This document shows positions 51,490 through 61,400 of a stretch of DNA of 64,000 nucleotides, one piece after another; within the stretch, counting starts at the first letter, position 1, and every line of letters begins with the position of its first letter. Source of the DNA: a virus. Taxonomy: Duplodnaviria > Caudoviricetes. The stretch lies in IMG/VR virus record IMGVR_UViG_3300028797_000004; one strand, 5' to 3'. The notes under the pieces are model-generated. The model was given only the letters and a program-made list of their open reading frames with translations, was not told the origin of the DNA and did not search any database. The position numbers were made by a program, and so were the translations under genes.

Positions 51490-51518
51490 TTGACTTCTTT
51501 ACCAAAAGATGCTATAAT
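51490..51518 (+). promoter_or_regulatory. Sigma70-type early promoter
   Basis: TTGACT-17 bp-TATAAT with TG extension; phased GATTAAT repeats upstream. Confidence 0.8.
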
Positions 51519-51588
51519 ACTTGTGTAGGTACACATCGACGCCTACTCTTCATTTCAATTTATTTCAGATAGAACAGGAGAGAAGTAT

Positions 51589-52500
51589 ATGAACATCAAC
51601 AACACTACTACAGACAGATATGACCCTTTGCAGTTTGCGTCGCCTCTGTATGAGACATTCGCAAGTTGCGCAAATTTCTTACAGTACACCAAGCCGCTGA
51701 CTTATGACGAATGGTTTGTTCTTGACCAGGATCATAAGGCTGCGGCTCTTTATGTGCAGTTTTTCTCGCAGATAACACTTGCTTGGTACAAGTGTAAGCA
51801 GATATATGCATCTTTCTATGCTTCGGAAGAAGACGCAGTATCAACTATGTTTCAGTATATTCTCAAGAACATTCCGCTGATAGAAGCAGACGGCAAGAAG
51901 TTTACAGAGGCCTACATGTATAAGGTAGCTTACAACTGCTTGTACTGCATCTGCCACGATATCAAGCGTGACAAGGACAGATATGAACTTGAGATGTCAA
52001 ACTGTATCTGCGACGATTGCGGTGAAGTGATGATAGACCTTTTCGATACAGTAGCTGAGCTTGACTCACTTAATACAGAGATGCTCCGAGATCATCTTTG
52101 GTCAACTGTTGACAAGCTGCCAGCTAAATATCAGCAAGTAGTTGCTTGGCTGTTAGGCGAGCCGCTTGGTGCTGGTGTAGGTCCTGTTTTGAAGCGCCAA
52201 ATTCTTAAGGATCTTAAATTCTACTTAGCTCCATACACATCGCTGTATGAGCCAAAATCCTATGAATTCAAGACCTTCGGTGACCTCATGGAGCACATAG
52301 ATATTATCTCTTCCGCTACAGTGATTCTTTCTGACGGTACTGAGACAGTATTCTTCCCTAGGAACATCAGAGAGTACAAAGACAGAAGAAAGAATACCCG
52401 TAAGGCTGTCTCACTTTTCGGGCCAGATAAAGATTATATTTTCGACACAGAGGCAGCAAGCGACCTTACAGTTACAGACGTGGAGGTGAAACATATATGA
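51589..52500 (+). CDS. Divergent ECF-like sigma factor
   Basis: 'EEDAVSTMFQYILKNI.......FTEAYMYKVAYNCLY' (region 2) and 'LWSTVDKLPAKYQQVV' (start of region 4). Confidence 0.5.
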   Translation: MNINNTTTDRYDPLQFASPLYETFASCANFLQYTKPLTYDEWFVLDQDHKAAALYVQFFSQITLAWYKCKQIYASFYASEEDAVSTMFQYILKNIPLIEADGKKFTEAYMYKVAYNCLYCICHDIKRDKDRYELEMSNCICDDCGEVMIDLFDTVAELDSLNTEMLRDHLWSTVDKLPAKYQQVVAWLLGEPLGAGVGPVLKRQILKDLKFYLAPYTSLYEPKSYEFKTFGDLMEHIDIISSATVILSDGTETVFFPRNIREYKDRRKNTRKAVSLFGPDKDYIFDTEAASDLTVTDVEVKHI

Positions 52501-52958
52501 AATTGTATATAAGAGCTATGTCAGATACTCAAAAAGCTGTTGAATCTGAGCTCAAAGCTAAAGCAGATCTTGTCATTGAGCACATTATCAAAGTAATTGC
52601 AATGCCAGAGCATCAGTCTGTTAAACATTGGAAGAAAGAGATTGTAATGTTCATACATAAAGTAAATAAACTTAAGCGTACAAATAAATGGCCTACAGCT
52701 CAGCAGATATTTAACTGGACATATGGTAAGTGGGCTGACGAATTGCACAGTGACGGCTGGATTCAAGGTGAGTTAGATGCATTATGCTTTGAGTATGACT
52801 TAGAAGTTGAGCTAGATGCGGACAATTACGCCGAAAGTATTCTTGCAGTTTGTGAGGGTTATTTCCATAAACTTGCAGACGAACTATCTGTAAGAGGCTC
52901 AATTTCGCCGCAAGTAATGTATGATACACTTGACGAGCTGTTGAGCTCTCAGATCTGA
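52497..52958 (+). CDS. DUF29-like protein with MKLYIRA tag (paralog A)
   Basis: 'VESEL....LVIEHIIK...PEH...HWKKEI'. Confidence 0.45.
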   Translation: MKLYIRAMSDTQKAVESELKAKADLVIEHIIKVIAMPEHQSVKHWKKEIVMFIHKVNKLKRTNKWPTAQQIFNWTYGKWADELHSDGWIQGELDALCFEYDLEVELDADNYAESILAVCEGYFHKLADELSVRGSISPQVMYDTLDELLSSQI

Positions 52959-52974
52959 CAAGCGGGGTGAAAAC

Positions 52975-53424
52975 ATGAAAATTTATATTACTTCAGCAGC
53001 AAAAGCTATGCGAGACATTGAGTCAGATCTAGTTAATCATGTAGATCAGATTGAGGAAAATTTCATCAAGCTGTTGATTGCCCCTCAAGCTACAACTCGC
53101 AATCATTGGCAAGGTGAAATTGCAAGTCAGATCCATAAGATTCGCAAGTCTAAGGGGGCAAAAACTTTTCCTGATGCATCTAAGATATTCAGATGGCTGT
53201 ATACAGACCAACTGGTTGAACTGCAAGACCTTAAGTATTTTCGCAATACAGTTCTATTTATCTGTGATGTAGAAAATTTTGACATACCTAATGATCTTGT
53301 ATCGTTGAATCATAAGCTCTGTGCAGTTCTGAAAGATTACTACACTTGGCTTGCATCCAAGCTCAGTACTGAGGGTTCTATACCTCGTTCTGAGATACTT
53401 CAGAAGCTTGATGAATTAGTTTGA
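52975..53424 (+). CDS. DUF29-like protein with MKIYITSA tag (paralog B)
   Basis: 'IESDL....QIEENFIK...PQ....HWQGEI'; aligns end-to-end with paralog A. Confidence 0.45.
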   Translation: MKIYITSAAKAMRDIESDLVNHVDQIEENFIKLLIAPQATTRNHWQGEIASQIHKIRKSKGAKTFPDASKIFRWLYTDQLVELQDLKYFRNTVLFICDVENFDIPNDLVSLNHKLCAVLKDYYTWLASKLSTEGSIPRSEILQKLDELV

Positions 53425-53502
53425 ATCGTTAGTATCTATGTAGCTGAACTAAGCGTCTTTGCTTCGCAGAGGCGCTCTAGATATGATTACTTATGAGAAG
53501 GA

Positions 53503-54141
53503 GTGATACACTTGAGTAGTGAATCAAATAAAACACCTGCTATTCTAGCTCAGCGTTTCAGCACAGATGCAGAGCAGAAAGCTGCGCTTGAAAAAGCTAT
53601 GCATGACCTGCTGTATGCTCTCGGCGCTGATCTAGAGTCTGCAGGTGTAAAAGAAACACCTCAGCGAGCTGCTAAGTACTGGTTAGAGCTTACAGAAGGT
53701 ATGCGCTACACCAACCATGACATAGCCGAGAAGTTCAACAAATGTTTTGATGCACCGTCAAATGCTATGGTAGTGGAGCGAGACATCACAGTATTTTCAC
53801 ATTGCGAGCATCATACAGCATTAATCTACAATGCAAAGGTTGCAGTTGCTTACATTCCAGCAGATAAAGTTATCGGCTTGAGCAAGATTGCTCGTATCTG
53901 TGAGATGTGCGCTAAGCGTTTACAGCTCCAGGAACGAATCGTTCAAGATATTTATGAAGTACTTCAAGAGGTACTTGGTACCGATGACATTTATATTCGC
54001 ATGGAAGCTTCACACGGTTGCATGACCGCAAGAGGCGTGAAGTCATATGATTCTACAACAGTATGCCAAGGCATTCATGGTAAATTCATAACAGAGCCTG
54101 ATCTTCGTCAGGAAGCAATAGCTCTAATGGAGAGGAAGTGA
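53503..54141 (+). CDS. folE: GTP cyclohydrolase I
   Basis: 'ETPQRAAK', 'FSHCEHH', 'VIGLSKIAR', 'RLQLQER', 'HGCMTARGV'. Confidence 0.95.
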   Translation: MIHLSSESNKTPAILAQRFSTDAEQKAALEKAMHDLLYALGADLESAGVKETPQRAAKYWLELTEGMRYTNHDIAEKFNKCFDAPSNAMVVERDITVFSHCEHHTALIYNAKVAVAYIPADKVIGLSKIARICEMCAKRLQLQERIVQDIYEVLQEVLGTDDIYIRMEASHGCMTARGVKSYDSTTVCQGIHGKFITEPDLRQEAIALMERK

Positions 54142-54145
54142 TAAT

Positions 54146-54610
54146 GTGAGTAGAAGAGTTACACGTCACATTGAGTTTGAAACAGCTCATCTGCTTGAAG
54201 GTTACAACGGTAAGTGCTCTCGACTTCACGGACATTCTTATGCTCTTGAGATCACAGTATGCGGTGAGCCAACAAAGTCAGATCTTATTGCATATCGCAA
54301 CTCGCAAGCATTCGGCTTCTGTATGGATTTCAAAGCTTTAGATCAGATTCTCAACGATACCGTTCCAGACCATCTGTTTGTTGCTAATGAGCAGAACTTA
54401 GTTCCCGGGAAGCTTGAGAATGATATAGTCGAAGCTCTTAAGAAGCACAACTGCGCATATGAGCTGATGCCTTGTGCACCATCAGCTGAAAACATGGTGG
54501 ACTGGATAGTTCGCAATGTACAAGATAAGCTTCCTGAAGGTCTAGCTGTAGTTGAAGCAAAACTTTGGGAAACATCAGATTCTTATGCATCTTGGCCTGA
54601 AAGGGTTTGA
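54146..54610 (+). CDS. queD: 6-carboxytetrahydropterin synthase
   Basis: 'FETAHLL', 'KCSRLHGHSY', 'MDF', 'PSAENM', 'LWET'. Confidence 0.92.
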   Translation: MSRRVTRHIEFETAHLLEGYNGKCSRLHGHSYALEITVCGEPTKSDLIAYRNSQAFGFCMDFKALDQILNDTVPDHLFVANEQNLVPGKLENDIVEALKKHNCAYELMPCAPSAENMVDWIVRNVQDKLPEGLAVVEAKLWETSDSYASWPERV

Positions 54611-54653
54611 GATAGATCAAATGATATCAAATGATACCAAGGAGGAATGACAC

Positions 54654-55424
54654 ATGGGTTTCAAAACAGTAGACGACTACGTTGAATCCAAAAATTTCGC
54701 TGCTACAGCGGACGGAAATGTCACAGGTTTCTTCACACTGAGAAATCACGGTGACTCGGCTAAGGTAATTTTCTTATACCGTAGCCCGAAGGATGTATTA
54801 GTTGCAGATGTGCACTACATTCTTTCAAACGACATCAAAGGATATGTACACTGTACAGGTCCGAATTGCCCTGCTTGTGCTAAGCGTATTCGTAAGGACG
54901 CAAAGATCTTCACACCTCTGTACAATCTTGAGACAGAGCGTATTGAGTTCTTCGACAGAAATATGAAGTATTGGGAGCCTCAGCTTCATCAGGACGTGTT
55001 CCAGAAGTTCGGAGATGACCCATCACTTGTTATCTTCAACATCACAAGAAACGGTGGTGTAGGTGATCCGAATACTAGATACGTGATTACCGGTGTGAAT
55101 TCAAACAATCTTATCTCCTATGATGAGATCTGTCAAAAGTTCAATGCTAAGTTCCCTGAGTTCTATAATAATATCTGCAGAGAGGTAACAGCTGAGGAGC
55201 TTAGTCTAGCTCTTAACGCTGATAATTCACCAAGCTCTGCGCCTATTGCACCAGCTTCGCTCCCAGACTATACTATTACACCAAGAGGTATGTCGGCTGC
55301 GCCTTCTGCACCAATTGCACCTAGTGCTCTGCCGCCTGCAATGGATACTACACTTCCTGATGCAGTTGCAGATGATGCTGATATACTTGAAGACAATACG
55401 CTTCCTGAGCCTGATTTCGATTGA
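54654..55424 (+). CDS. Single-stranded DNA-binding protein (gp32-like, Zn-binding) with acidic tail
   Basis: 'HY....GYVHCTGPNCPAC', 'ITRNGGVGDPNTRY'; Pro/acidic tail ending PDFD; directly before the polymerase. Confidence 0.65.
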   Translation: MGFKTVDDYVESKNFAATADGNVTGFFTLRNHGDSAKVIFLYRSPKDVLVADVHYILSNDIKGYVHCTGPNCPACAKRIRKDAKIFTPLYNLETERIEFFDRNMKYWEPQLHQDVFQKFGDDPSLVIFNITRNGGVGDPNTRYVITGVNSNNLISYDEICQKFNAKFPEFYNNICREVTAEELSLALNADNSPSSAPIAPASLPDYTITPRGMSAAPSAPIAPSALPPAMDTTLPDAVADDADILEDNTLPEPDFD

Positions 55425-55445
55425 TTTCGGACTCAGGTGTAAATA

Positions 55446-55470
55446 CGAGGGCTGAGACTGTCAGCCCTCG
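55446..55470 (+). terminator. Hairpin between ssb and pol
   Basis: CGAGGGCTGA-GACTG-TCAGCCCTCG. Confidence 0.5.
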
Positions 55471-55496
55471 ACTTATATCTACAGGAGGTGATAGCC

Positions 55497-58400
55497 TTGG
55501 GGCTTTTCTCACAGAATCAGCTATCACAAATTAATGCAATAGCTGAGAAGAGTCGAGCTGTAGCTGAACCTCAAAAGAAAACAGCTTCTAAGAAAAGTGT
55601 AAACGCTGAGCTGCTTAGAATTTCAAATGATGTACTTAAATACTTCAAGGATTCTCCTGCAATACTTATTTCTAGTAAGGCAGAGCTTCATGATTATGTA
55701 GATGAGTGCATCTCAGCGAAGTATGTGGCAATAGATACTGAGACCACAGGACTTGATAGAATCAAGGACACCATAGTTGGTTCTTCACTCTACTATCCTG
55801 GAGGTACAGAGTGCTACATACCCATCAAGCACATGGTGCCGATATTTGAGGTACCATATTCAGGACAGCTTACTTACGAAGAAGTACAAGTTGAGTTTCA
55901 GAGACTTGTAGATGCTCAGATATTTTCTGAGTGGGCAAACGCAGACTTCGACTTAGCAATGATTTTCAAAGATATACATGTAGATTTTCTGCCTACTGTA
56001 TTCTATGATGCACTTCATGCTTGGCGAACAATTAAGGAGAACGAACCGAAAACTGACTTGAAGAATTTGTACAACAAATATGTGCTCAAAGGTAAAGGTC
56101 ACCCTATGCGTTTCAAGGATTTCTTCCCTCCATCATTGTTTCCTTACTGCAAGCCTGAAATTGCAAAATTATATGCTGCTAACGACGCGAAGATTACACA
56201 TGAGCTCTGTTGGTGGCAGATACCTTATGTTACTAAAGACAATCCGAAGTGCCAGAAGCATCACTTTGAGAAGATTGCAGATCTCTTCTGGGGTGTAGAA
56301 AAACCAATGATAGAGGTCTGCCAAAATCTTCATAGACGAGGTATATATGTTGACAAGTATGCAGCAGATATGCTTCAGAAGAAATATGGTCCGTCACTTG
56401 AGGCAGATGCAGCTGACATCAGAAATGACATTCAAACTATATTGGATCATGCAACGACAAATGTGCCTAAACGGCCTTTCGGCAGCATTAAAGAATTCAA
56501 TCCTAATTCTACGCCGCACGTTCAGTGGGTTGTTTACGACTTACTTGGTTTAGGAGCTGGATCAGGAGCTAGGTCTACTGACAAAGGTGTATTATCTACA
56601 TTTAATCACCCATTAGTAGATAAGATCTTGGCTTACCGCAGTTTACGAACACTTGTAGGTACGTTTGTTGATAAGATGCCAAAAATCGTTGCTCCCGACA
56701 GAAGAATTCATGCTCAGTTTAAGAGTCAAGGTGCAGCAACAGGCAGAATGAGTTCTTCCGAGCCTATTGGAACTGAACATTGGGCTCGAAAAATCAAGTT
56801 AATTCAGGGAAGGGCAACAGCTTAACAGCTGCGAGATAACCCTGAGCCAAGACACTCATATATCTACCGTAGGAGGTACATGATATGAAACGAATTCAAT
56901 TCAATGAAGAAACTATTGATGCTATTAGATCTTTTATGACTGAAGGACATTCTGTACCTGAAGCTTGTAATAAGTTCAACATCAAGTATGATACAATGCG
57001 TAGAGTTCTGTACGACAATAATATTGAGTTCCGCAGAGCTCGAAAAGCTATCGGTCATGATCGCCTTACTGTATCACAAGAAGATATAGACCTAGTCTGC
57101 AAGTTATATTCTACTACAGACATTCGTGTTGCAGATCTCTGCAAAGCTGTGAAATTAGAAGATTACAACGTGCAGAAAATCTTAGCTGAGCATTTTTCTG
57201 AAGAATATCGAAATGCTCGTAAGTCCCGAATTTATCGTAAGAGCAAATTAGGCGATAAGAATCCAATGACTGGATTGTCTGGATCGCAGACGCCAAATTG
57301 GAAAGGTGGCGTTATTGACGATGGTAACGGTTACTTGATGGTTAAGAAGCCTGACTGGTATACTGGTCGCAAAGGTTCAGATTATGTGTTTCAACATTCT
57401 GTTGTTATGTGCGAAGCTTTAGGACTCACAGAGATTCCTAAAGGCTTTGTAGTTCATCATATAGATCGAAACAAGCATAATAACAGTATTCATAATTTAT
57501 GCTTACTATCTAGTAATGCACATAGCCAACTTCATTCAATTGAATCCAAGATGTGTAAGGTGCAGAGACTATCCGATATGGAGTAGGCAATTGCCGAAAC
57601 GCTTGACAACAGTTGGTGTAGTGTACACAGCTGTCGAAGATATAGTCCACGAAAATGAATGTTCAGAATATTCCTAGTAAACACAGCGATATCAGACATA
57701 TGTTCAGAGGCCAGCCTGCACATGATATCACACTAAGCTGCAAAGCTGAGAACAACACTGTTACAATCACATTATTCAAATTCTCTAAAGTGAAAAAGCA
57801 GCTTGCGGATTCACAGATAGAGATGACAGAAACATGTGAGTTACAAATCAATGATTCCGTTGTGCTGAAGCACAATGGTCAGGATACAGTTCTTAGCATT
57901 GCAGATATACATCGTCATGAAGATAATCCTGATATGTATACTTTGTCATTTGCTGCTGAATCAGGCAGTAACTGGGCTGTAGATATTGAGACAGCTACCA
58001 GTGTATTAATCTCTAGTGATTACAGTCAGCAAGAACCTAAGCTTACTGCTGTTATTTCAAATGACCCAAATATGATCAAGTCATTCCAGGAGGACAAAGA
58101 TATCTATTCTTTCATTGCTTCGCTTGCGTTCAACACAACATATGAGGCGTGTCTGGAGAACTTACCTACTGGAGAGTATGATGAAGACGGCAATGAGATC
58201 AAGGTGTATCAGCCTGACGGAAAAGCACGAAGATCTTCCGCTAAAACAATTGTATTGGGTAGACTATCAAGTTATGCCCCTTCAGCAGAAACCTTAGTTC
58301 ACAGACTGCTGAATGTAAACCTTGTGAACTGTATGACTCGCAGGTGTGCAGCACGCTGTATGCAGTAGTTGTAGGAAATGACAACGTAGTGCTGCGCTAA

Positions 58401-61400
58401 CAGGGGAGCCTTACTATTAAGTTAAAGGTAATCCTGTGCTAAATCCTTATATTTTCAACCTTATATGCTAGATATATTATACATGTAAGGGGTGTTATAC
58501 ATATGCACGAAGCATATATAATCACAAATCTTATAACTGGTGCTCAATATGTAGGTATTACAAGTCGAAATCATGAAGTTAGATTTCGGGAGCATATTCA
58601 GGAAGCTAATCGAGGGTCTCAAGTGAAGCTGCATCAAGCAATTCGCACTTACGGTGCAGAGAACTTCCGAGTAGATGTATTAGCTTCTGACATTCCTGAC
58701 GAAGGTGCTGCTGAAGCTGAACGCTATTTCATCGAGCTGTATGCTACTCATTATGATGCTGGTGGTTATAATATGACCATTGGTGGTCCTGGCACAATTG
58801 GCTATCATTTTACCGAAGAAGCTAAAGCTAAGATCAGCGAAGCAAGCAAGCATCAAGTTATTACTCCGCAGCGAAATGAGAAAATTCGACAAGCTATGCT
58901 AGGCCGAGAGTACAAACCTGAATGGAAGGCTGCACTGAGCCAAAGTCGTTTAGGTCGTTTCACTAAGGAGGAGAATCCATTCTTCAATAAACATCATACT
59001 GAGAGAACTAAAGCAGCTATTCGTGAAAGTAACACAAAGCATCATGTACTTTGTATCGATAAGGATACAGGTTCTGTACTCCATGAGTTCTACAATGCAC
59101 AGGCCGCTGCAGATTGGGTCACAAATCAAATTGGTTCTGGTGTAGCTGCAACTCGTATGGTTAGAATTCATGAAGTGTGCAGATCTCACAACTTAGCTTG
59201 TACAGCTTATGGTTATAGATGGAGATATAAGGAGAAGTCTATCGACTAATTAGTAGGGTGGAAGATGAGTCACCACTCGAAGCGCAAGGTGTGGTTCTAA
59301 GGTACCACAATGATATAGTCAGTACCACAAGAAATTGTGGAGAATATGATACTTTATGGCCGTTCTATCCCTTCAATTGCCGATCAGCTTTATAGTAAAG
59401 AAGACTGGGACGACAAGAAGAAGATATCTCAAGCGCAGCATGTATATGATTCCGTACTTCAAGCGTTTCCTGCGCTTAAGAATTTCATGGAATACGCACA
59501 GCATCATGCACATGTATACGGCTATGTAGAGACAATACTCGGTCGTCGTAGGCACATACCTGATATGATGCTGAATGACTATGAATTTGAGCCATTACCT
59601 GGTTACGTCAACCCTGACGTAGATCCGCTGAATATTTCAACTCTTGAAGGTGCTGAAGGTGTACCAAAGCATATCCAGCAGCAACTGTATAAGGAGCTGA
59701 AATCTTACAAGTACAATGGTCAACGATTCAAACGTATTCGTCAGCTTGCAGAGACTGAGCATATCAAAGTTATTGATAACACTTATAAGATTTCAGAAGC
59801 ATCTAGACAGTGCGTAAACTGCGTTGACGCAGAAACAGAAATCTTAACTTTGAGCGGGTGGAAGCGTTATGATCAGATACATACCGGTGACAGCATCTTA
59901 GCTTTTGATTTAGATCAAAATTCGATTGTTGTGGACAGCATTGAACAAGTTCATGTATATCCTGGAACACATGAAGTAATAGAATTTGATACACCAACAT
60001 TTAATGCTGTGTCTACTAGAGATCACAGATGGGTAGTTTGCGAGAGTAATGAAGCACCAAGATTTAAAACTACAGAAAACATATTCAAGAACCGTTGGCC
60101 AGATTATCCTATTCTTCGTGTAGAAGACAATAAGCTACCCGCATCAAACACTTATAGCGATGCTGAGCTAAAGCTCATAGGCTGGTTCTTAACAGACGGA
60201 TATGCTTCACAGAAGCAATATAGTGTAGAATTGTATCAATCTACTCGTCGAGAGAAGAATGCAATGGTGTACCAAGATATGATTCGCACACTAGATCAAC
60301 TTGGGCTGAAGTATCGAGATTCTTGCGATGAAAATGAATATCACACCATTTATATCAATAAGTGTGATACAACTCTGCGTCTATTAGCAGAATTCCCCAA
60401 TAGAGAGCTTACATTTTCTTTTATCGCAACATTATCTCAGCAACAGGCTCAGATTGTACTTTGGTCTATGCTTGACGGTGATGGTACAATCAGCGGCGGT
60501 AGTGCTAGGTTGTGCTGCAGCTCTGTAGCTTCTGCAGATGCTATTCAATATCTCGCATTCGTTGCAGGGTATGCTACTAATCAATACGTCACTACACCTG
60601 AATATCATAATGCTACACCTAGTGCGAATACGTTATATGACTCTATATCTAATACTGAGCCAATTCATATCACCAAACCTTATTATGAGGTGTCTGTACT
60701 CAAGATCAAGCGAGCTCAGATCTATCCTCACCATAAATCTATTCGAACTGTAGATCTGGTCTGGTGCGTAACAACCAAATCGCATACCTGGGTGGCACGT
60801 CGACATGGAAAAGTATACATAACTGGAAACTCAACAGTCCAGGGCAGTGCTGCAGAACTTACAAAAATGGCCATGATAGAGGTAGAACGAGACCCGCTCT
60901 GGAACGAGCTTCAAGGACAAGTTCTCATACCGGTACATGACGAGCTCATAGGCGAAGTGCCGATTGAGAACGCACTCGCCGCTGGAGAACGATTAAGCGC
61001 AGATATGTGCGCAGCCGCTTCTTTCATGCCATTCCCTATCAAATGTGATGTAACAACTTCATATAGATGGTCTGGTATTGAGTACCCTTGTGCTCACCCT
61101 AGACCTGAGTCATTACAAGGTATGACTGAAGAAGAAATCAAATGGGTGCAGTATCACATATATGACATCGGTTATTATCTGCCGATTTTCAAATTACCAA
61201 ATGGTGATAAACCACGAGGCGAAGAAGCTTTAGGCGTAAACGGACGTGATACAGAAGAATTCCGAGGATTCATAGCGGACTACATGAGTCGTTATAATCT
61301 GCACACGGATCAAGAATTCTTGTGGCACATCGAACACTTTGTTTGCACTGGAGTTCTCCCTAATATCAATGAATACAGAAAGAAACATGGAGGTCAAAAC

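Noticed and set aside
56766-59348. Separate polymerase genes or frameshifted pseudogene (ORFs 55488, 57655, 59337)
   Set aside because: Fully explained by two group I introns that restore conserved motifs in frame
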